This document shows positions 61,409 through 64,000 of a stretch of DNA of 64,000 nucleotides, piece by piece; within the stretch, counting starts at the first letter, position 1; each line of letters opens with the position of its first letter. The stretch lies in the IMG/VR virus record IMGVR_UViG_650716025_000004. One strand, written 5' to 3'. The notes beneath the pieces are model-generated. The model saw nothing but the letters and a program-made list of their open reading frames with translations, searched no databases and was not told the DNA's origin. The DNA is from a virus. A program made the translations under genes and the position numbers.

Positions 61409-61936
61409 TTATTTTTCATACATTTCTTTTAAATTGTTGTCAAAGAATAAATCAGAATTTTCATATTCTAATCCTGCCCATTCACAAATTACTTTTCTTT
61501 TAGCACTAGAATCTATTCCTTCATCAACTGCAACAGAAACAATATATTTTTTAACATCTTCTGCAATTATTTCTGATTTACCTTCTGTTAATTCATTTAA
61601 TGCTTTTTTCAAAACTAAATGATTACCAGTAGTAAATAAATCAATAACTTCTTTTCTAGTCATAATCGAATTTTCTGCTTGTTCGATCTCAGGAATGTTT
61701 TCCTTAACTAATTTAATATCTTCATCTTGTGTTTCCTTTATTATTAAAGCTCCTGTTTGAAATACTACTGTTTCATTTTGTAAATAATCAAACACATCAA
61801 ATGGTACAGGTCTTTCATTTAATACAGTACCTTTTGTACCTTGCCATGTATATGTAGTAGTAGTTCCATCATGTGGATAATTTACTATAAAAGGTGTTCC
61901 TTGTTTTCTTATTAATATAACTTTTTTATCTTCCAT
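61409..61936 (-). CDS. Phage head-region protein
   Basis: Synteny, SD aaggaag. Confidence 0.55.
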   Translation of the reverse strand: MEDKKVILIRKQGTPFIVNYPHDGTTTTYTWQGTKGTVLNERPVPFDVFDYLQNETVVFQTGALIIKETQDEDIKLVKENIPEIEQAENSIMTRKEVIDLFTTGNHLVLKKALNELTEGKSEIIAEDVKKYIVSVAVDEGIDSSAKRKVICEWAGLEYENSDLFFDNNLKEMYEK

Positions 61937-62018
61937 TAATATCTTCCTTTCTTTTTAAATAATTTTAATTAAATTTTAAAGAAGGGACATTAATCCCTTC
62001 TTAGTTGTTTTAAATGAA

Positions 62019-63071
62019 TTATAGTTTTATTGCTTTATCACATATATATCCCATTGCTTGTCCTGTAAGTAAAGTTACATCTAATCTGTAGTCAATTTTC
62101 ATATATACAGTTTCATTTTCAATTGATGGCATATCTTGTGCAGTTCTTAATCCACCAAATTCAGTGATTTTAAATGGTGATTTCTTACCACCTGCCAACA
62201 TCACTCCTTCATTCACAGGTAAATCTACTTTGGAATTTTTATCATCTATAAATGGATTATCTGTAGGTATACAAGTAGTTCTTGACACTTTATCTATATT
62301 TATATCTCTTAATAATGAATTCTTTAATTCATCTGATAAAAATATATTTTTAATTCCACCAACTTCGGCAGAACCTTGTGCCAAAGCTAAAGCATCTATC
62401 AAATTAATATCAGCTATTAGAACAGGTGTTACTCTACCATATCTTAAAAGATTATTTTCTATAGTTCTAAAATCTGTTAGTTTGATATTTGATCCATCCC
62501 AAACTTGTTTCGCTGGAATTTTAACAGCTTTGACAGCTTTTCTAGTAGCTTCCATTATCTTTTTGAATAAATATTTTACTTTGTATTCTTGAACATAATT
62601 AACCGCATTTCTAAATTCATTGACAGGATCAGAAATCATTCTATCTATATTATAGTAAACACCAAATTGATGGTTTTCTGGTCTCGCAGATATCTCTTGC
62701 ATATAAGGTGAAATTCTTACAAAGTCTACTCCTGAAGCAGTAGCACTTAAAGCCATAGAAATTCTTGCTTGTTTTTCTAATACATATTTTTTTGTATCAT
62801 ATCTACCTACTTTTGAATAATCAGATACTGCATCTAATATAGGTTTAATTTGTGCTTCGGCTTGTTTATCAGCGACCTCTACTATTAAAGCATTGAAACT
62901 TCTTAACTCTTCCATATTTCTTACTTCACCATTTGAAGTAAATACTTTACTACATAAAGCTTTTATAGCTTCTTCATCTGATAATATAGTTTTACCTGTT
63001 TCATCCTTCTTTTCTATCATTTTATTGTTATAAACTCTTGTTGCTAATTCCTTCATTTTATTAAAATCCAT
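62019..63071 (-). CDS. Major capsid protein, probable
   Basis: 350 aa; follows scaffold and decoration genes; strong SD aggagg. Confidence 0.7.
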   Translation of the reverse strand: MDFNKMKELATRVYNNKMIEKKDETGKTILSDEEAIKALCSKVFTSNGEVRNMEELRSFNALIVEVADKQAEAQIKPILDAVSDYSKVGRYDTKKYVLEKQARISMALSATASGVDFVRISPYMQEISARPENHQFGVYYNIDRMISDPVNEFRNAVNYVQEYKVKYLFKKIMEATRKAVKAVKIPAKQVWDGSNIKLTDFRTIENNLLRYGRVTPVLIADINLIDALALAQGSAEVGGIKNIFLSDELKNSLLRDINIDKVSRTTCIPTDNPFIDDKNSKVDLPVNEGVMLAGGKKSPFKITEFGGLRTAQDMPSIENETVYMKIDYRLDVTLLTGQAMGYICDKAIKL

Positions 63072-63127
63072 ATGTATAAATCCTCCTTAGATTCATGTTT
63101 ATATTAATTGTTTGATTTAATTTCATA

Positions 63128-63673
63128 TTATTTGCATTCTAACCTTACTGTTTGTTTATCAAAAGCAAATCCAAAATCAGTATTTACACCTACCACTGCA
63201 AATTTATTAACTGCATTAGCATAATCAGCGTGTGCAGATTTTGAATCTGAAATTATGTATTTTTTCTTTGTAGAATCAAAGTGCGCCACCATTCCTTCTT
63301 TGGCTTCCTTTGTTCCTGCGTTTAATTCTATTGCAGATGTTTCAAATCTAACTCCTGTTTCAAGTCTTGTGAGTCTTACCATTTCATCTTTTTCATTGAA
63401 AAAATCTGCATAAGTTTCTCCCTCCATAAGTTGTTCTTCCTCAACTGTTGTTAATAGAAACCCTTGATTCTTTACATCTGATAGTGGTTTACAAGTTAAA
63501 TTACCATTCTCATCATAATCTCCTAATTCAACCAATGTAAAATTATCAACTTCATCTTTTTCTCCACAAACTAATTTTGCACCATTAACTACATGTTTTG
63601 ACCATATAGTATTTAAATTTCCCACTTCGTGATTTCCTCTTGAATACATTGCTTTGTATAATCTTGTTGCCAT
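63128..63673 (-). CDS. Capsid decoration/cement protein, probable
   Basis: Between scaffold and capsid genes; SD aggagg. Confidence 0.55.
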   Translation of the reverse strand: MATRLYKAMYSRGNHEVGNLNTIWSKHVVNGAKLVCGEKDEVDNFTLVELGDYDENGNLTCKPLSDVKNQGFLLTTVEEEQLMEGETYADFFNEKDEMVRLTRLETGVRFETSAIELNAGTKEAKEGMVAHFDSTKKKYIISDSKSAHADYANAVNKFAVVGVNTDFGFAFDKQTVRLECK

Positions 63674-63718
63674 AGTATTGCCTCCTTTTAATTACCATTT
63701 AATTTTAATTTATTTATA

Positions 63719-64000
63719 CTATTTTTTAAATCCATAAAATTCTTCAAACTCATCTACACTTTTATTTAAATTTTCATTGTTTGTACATGGCTCATTTATG
63801 GAGTTTATGCTTAACTTAGGTTCTGCTGTTACTTTATCATCTGATTGTATTGGTAAAATTTTTGATACAATCATATTATTTAAAGAGAATTTAGCTTTTT
63901 CAGCTTCATCTTCTTTAGAATTTATTGATTGTTTAATTAAGTTTTGGACATCTTCTTTTTCAAAATCTTCTAAAGCATCTACACTTTCAAATTTCTCTTT
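63719..64000 (-). CDS. Scaffold/prohead-protease protein C-terminus (partial)
   Basis: Open acidic frame from the window end: KEKFESVD...DEFEEFYGFKK-stop. Confidence 0.55.
   Translation of the reverse strand, partial: KEKFESVDALEDFEKEDVQNLIKQSINSKEDEAEKAKFSLNNMIVSKILPIQSDDKVTAEPKLSINSINEPCTNNENLNKSVDEFEEFYGFKK

Noticed and set aside
1-64000. Botulinum neurotoxin cluster, tRNA/rRNA genes, intact IS transposases
   Set aside because: None recognisable in this window; only a lone IS605-like hairpin at 24083-24102

Overview
Very AT-rich segment of a large SPbeta/c-st-like Clostridium botulinum group III (type C/D) prophage or phage-plasmid. The host assignment rests on the C3 exoenzyme gene; no neurotoxin gene lies in this window. 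The left end (+ strand) holds DNA-metabolism genes: a type IIA topoisomerase A subunit, a deoxyribonucleotidase and a RusA-like resolvase. Two tyrosine recombinases follow on the - strand. The rest is mostly a - strand virion morphogenesis module (capsid, head-tail, tail tube, lysis, tape measure, Dit, Tal, tail-tip and fibre genes) interrupted by accessory blocks at about 17-31, 35.7-39.4 and 47.3-54.9 kb. These blocks carry about 13 toxin-antitoxin-like loci: five PemK/MazF, Doc/Fic, GNAT, RelE, HipA-like+DUF3037, Panacea, type III ToxN/AbiQ, a type I candidate and an IrrE+membrane pair. The main observation is that eight of these loci, with unrelated toxin folds, start with the same ~230-bp DNA module. 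In all eight the putative antitoxin carries an in-frame, protein-level-conserved N-terminal leader (MKIQRWTS...) ahead of a second SD+ATG. The tape measure gene is split by an unannotated 391-nt group I intron. Several small-RNA-like units and duplication scars are also present. All family calls come from motif recognition by eye; no database searches were run.
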